Below, piece by piece: positions 29,557 through 32,000 of a stretch of DNA of 32,000 nucleotides (positions within the stretch are counted from its first letter, which is position 1; every line of letters begins with the position of its first letter). A program made the position numbers and the translations under genes. This DNA is from Phycisphaera mikurensis NBRC 102666 (GTDB taxonomy: Bacteria > Planctomycetota > Phycisphaerae > Phycisphaerales > Phycisphaeraceae): contig NC_017080.1 in the NCBI RefSeq assembly GCF_000284115.1, forward strand, positions 120,001-152,000, in the 5' to 3' direction. The notes beneath the pieces were generated by a model, which had not been told where the DNA came from, did not search any database, and saw only the letters and a list, made by a program, of their open reading frames with translations.

Positions 29557-30957
29557 TCAGGGCCCGCCCGCCGCGCCGCCGCCGGTCGCCGCGTCGCCGG
29601 TCGCCCGCACCGTCATCGCCAGCACCGTCTGGTCGTCGCCGGCGCGGGCCCCGGCCTCGTGCTCCGCCAGCCGCTCGCGGAGCGTCTCCACCAGGCAATC
29701 CGCCTCGCCCGAGCAATCCGCCAGCGCCCGCTCGATGCCGCCGCGTCCGAAGAATCGCCCCGCCGGCGAGCGCGCTTCCTCGAGCCCGTCGGTGTAGAGC
29801 ACGAGCGCGTCGCCGGCCTGCAGCCGGAACTCGGCCGTCGGGTACGCGGCGTCGGGCATGACGCCCAGCGGCGGGCCGCCCTCGCCGCGGAGATCCAGAA
29901 CCTCCACCCCGCCGTCGCCGTGCTGCCGCCGCACCATCGGCAGCGGATGGCCCGCCCGGGCGTAGCGCAGCACGCCGGTGTCGGGGTTGTAGCCCGCGAC
30001 GAGGGCCGTCACGAAGATCCCCTCGATCCGCTTGCTGCACAGGTGCTCGTTGAGGAAGGCGCATGCCGTGCCGGCGGTCGCCTGGTGCTCGACGGGCATC
30101 GCCATGAGGATGCTCTGGAACATCGCCATCACCACCGCCGCCGCCGGTCCGTGGCCCGAAACGTCGGCCACCACCAGGCCCCAGGCGCCGATCGCCCGCC
30201 CCCGGTCGAGCCCGTCAACGCCCAACCCCCGGACGGTGTAGAAGTCGCCGCCGGCGGCGGCGGGCGTCTGGTACATCACCGCCAGCGACGCCCCGGGCAC
30301 GTCGGGCAGCCGCTCGGGCAGCAGCGCCCGCTGGATCTTGCCGATCCGCTCGACCTCGGCGTCCTGCTCGGCCGCCGCCTCGCGGATCTGCTCCGCGAGG
30401 CGGACCAGCCGCACGTTGCCGCCGACGAGGTTGCCCTGCAGCAGGGCTTCCCGCAGCTCCTCGTCGGTGAAGGGCTGGTCGTGCGCCCGCAGCTGCAGCG
30501 CCCAGTTGAGCGGCTCGCCGCCGTCGAAGAGCGGGACCGCCATCACGCTGCCGAAGCGCTCGGCGTCGGGCCCGAGCACCGCATCGCGGACGGCGCCCAA
30601 GCCGTTGCGCAGCCGCGGGCCGCCGCCGGCGATCATCTCGGCGATGAGGCCGCCGCGGTGCACCGGCAGCCTCCCCGCGTCGCGCCAGGGGTTGCCGCTC
30701 TCGATGGACTCGTCCTCGTCGGTCAGGAGACGGCGGGTCACGCGGTACTCGCCGTCGCCGAGGCCCCGCCGTGACACGGAGACGAAGCCGCCGAGGTGGC
30801 GCCCGCGGTGGAGCGCCTCGGCGAAGTGGCGGAGCACCTGCCGGGGGTCGCGGGCGGCGCTCACGCCGCGGAGCAGCTCGACGAGCCGGCCGAGGTCGGG
30901 CGGGACGGGTTCGTCGGCGGAGCCGTCTCCGCGCGGATCAGGCGGTTCCGGGGCCAT
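29557..30957 (-). CDS. PP2C-type (SpoIIE) serine phosphatase with GAF-like N-terminal domain
   Basis: 466 aa; IQRALLPERLPDVPGASLAVMYQTPAAAGGDFYTV, GLVVADVSGHGPAAAVVMAM, LRYARAGHPLPMV, LVLYTDGLEEARSPAGRFFG. Confidence 0.92.
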   Translation of the reverse strand: MAPEPPDPRGDGSADEPVPPDLGRLVELLRGVSAARDPRQVLRHFAEALHRGRHLGGFVSVSRRGLGDGEYRVTRRLLTDEDESIESGNPWRDAGRLPVHRGGLIAEMIAGGGPRLRNGLGAVRDAVLGPDAERFGSVMAVPLFDGGEPLNWALQLRAHDQPFTDEELREALLQGNLVGGNVRLVRLAEQIREAAAEQDAEVERIGKIQRALLPERLPDVPGASLAVMYQTPAAAGGDFYTVRGLGVDGLDRGRAIGAWGLVVADVSGHGPAAAVVMAMFQSILMAMPVEHQATAGTACAFLNEHLCSKRIEGIFVTALVAGYNPDTGVLRYARAGHPLPMVRRQHGDGGVEVLDLRGEGGPPLGVMPDAAYPTAEFRLQAGDALVLYTDGLEEARSPAGRFFGRGGIERALADCSGEADCLVETLRERLAEHEAGARAGDDQTVLAMTVRATGDAATGGGAAGGP

Positions 30958-30990
30958 GCCGCGAGCCTACCGGGGTAGCGTCCCGGCCCC

Positions 30991-31752
30991 GTGGAAGCCG
31001 CCGACCGCCCATCCGATCCGTTCACGCCCGGCGGGCTTGGCGTGGTGATCCCGGCCCGCAACGAGGTCGACGCGATCCCACGCCTCGCCGCCGCGCTCGC
31101 GCCGCTGCTCGCCGACGGGTCCATCGCCCGGGCGGTCCTCGTCGACAACGGCTCCACCGACGGCACCGCCGCCGCCGCGGAAGCCGCCGGCCTCGGCGTC
31201 GTCCGCGAGCCGGTCCGCGGCTACGGCGCCGCGTGCCTCGCGGGAATCGCCCGGCTGCGGGAGGACCGCCCGGCGCCCGCCGCGGTCGGCTTCCTCGACG
31301 CCGACCTCGCCGACGACCCGGGCTTGCTCCCCGCCCTCGCCGCCCCGGTGCTCGCCGGCGCGGCGGACCTCGCCCTGGGCCAGCGCCCCCGCCTCGCCGA
31401 GCCCGGCTCGCTCAACGGCCACCAGCGCTTCGGCAACACGCTCGCCACCGCCCTGCTCCGCCTCGCGACCGGCCGCCGCCACCGCGACCTGGGGCCGATG
31501 CGGGTCGTCTCCGCCGCCGCCCTCGACCGGCTGGAGATGGCCGATCGCACGTGGGGCTGGACGATCGAGATGCAGCACAAAGCCGCGACCCGCGGCCTCC
31601 GCGTGGTCGAGCTGGACGTTCCCTACCGCCGGCGGACCACCGGCCGGAGCAAGATCAGCGGATCCCTGACGGGCTCCGCCCGCGCCGCCGTGGTGATCGT
31701 CCGCACCGTCGCCGCGCTGTGGTGGAGCGAGCGGCGTCGGCCCGGAGCTTGA
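30991..31752 (+). CDS. family 2 glycosyltransferase
   Basis: 253 aa; LGVVIPARNEVDAIPRLAAAL, AVLVDNGSTDGTAAAAEAAG, GFLDADLADDPGLL, DRTWGWTIEMQHKAATRGLRVVELDVPYRRRTTGRSKISG. Confidence 0.92.
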   Translation: MEAADRPSDPFTPGGLGVVIPARNEVDAIPRLAAALAPLLADGSIARAVLVDNGSTDGTAAAAEAAGLGVVREPVRGYGAACLAGIARLREDRPAPAAVGFLDADLADDPGLLPALAAPVLAGAADLALGQRPRLAEPGSLNGHQRFGNTLATALLRLATGRRHRDLGPMRVVSAAALDRLEMADRTWGWTIEMQHKAATRGLRVVELDVPYRRRTTGRSKISGSLTGSARAAVVIVRTVAALWWSERRRPGA

Positions 31753-31783
31753 ACGCCGACGCTGCCGCGGCGGATGCCGCCCC

Positions 31784-32000
31784 TCATCCCGCCGCGGGCG
31801 CGTTCACGGCGCGGCGTCCCACGCTCACGTAGGTGAAGCCCGCCTCCTCCATCACCGCGGGCTTGTAGAGGTTCCGGCCGTCGAAGATCACCGGGGCCGC
31901 GAGCGTCTCGCGGAGCCGCTCGAGCGGGGGCTGCTTGAACTCCGGCCAGTCGGTGCAGATCAGAAGGGCGTCGGCGTCCCGGGCCGTGTCCATCGGGCGG
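31784..32000 (-). CDS. UDP-glucose/GDP-mannose dehydrogenase family protein, C-terminal fragment (5' end outside window)
   Basis: ADALLICTDWPEFKQPPLERLRETLAAPVIFDGRNLYKPAVMEEAGFTYVSVGR is the UDP-binding domain C-terminus. Confidence 0.88.
   Translation of the reverse strand, partial: RPMDTARDADALLICTDWPEFKQPPLERLRETLAAPVIFDGRNLYKPAVMEEAGFTYVSVGRRAVNAPAAG

Overview
This is a very GC-rich window, and its gene content and protein style suggest a planctomycete/Phycisphaerae-like bacterium (an inference, not tested). It is densely packed with mostly conserved chromosomal genes. In order they are: a DUF4870-like membrane protein (partial), trxB, a Gfo/Idh/MocA oxidoreductase plus a L-rhamnose mutarotase-like protein, an FtsQ-like protein, a membrane protein, a Nudix hydrolase, a type IIA topoisomerase A subunit (GyrA/ParC), a small membrane protein, a MoxR-type AAA+ ATPase, a GxxExxY-family protein, recO, a TPR protein, a GH13 alpha-amylase, a YkvA/DUF1232 protein, a PPOX-like protein, an FKBP PPIase, a LuxR-type regulator, ribH, a glycogen debranching-type enzyme, a SpoU/TrmH rRNA methyltransferase, a BatA-like VWA protein, purM, nadC, an acyltransferase-3, a SpoIIE-type phosphatase, a GT2 glycosyltransferase and the C-terminus of a UDP-glucose dehydrogenase. 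No tRNA, rRNA, CRISPR array, transposase or obvious defence cassette was recognised. The most unusual feature is an intergenic tandem array at about 8757-9473. It has an exact 139-bp period, two interleaved sequence subtypes, and a 60-nt imperfect palindrome in every complete period. Because 139 is not a multiple of 3, conventional coding is unlikely. Secondary points are a lost zinc-ribbon in RecO, a degenerate GxxExxY signature, a topoisomerase A subunit with no visible GyrA-box, small inverted-repeat elements in gene-poor gaps, and repeated use of TTGA/GTGA start-stop overlaps.
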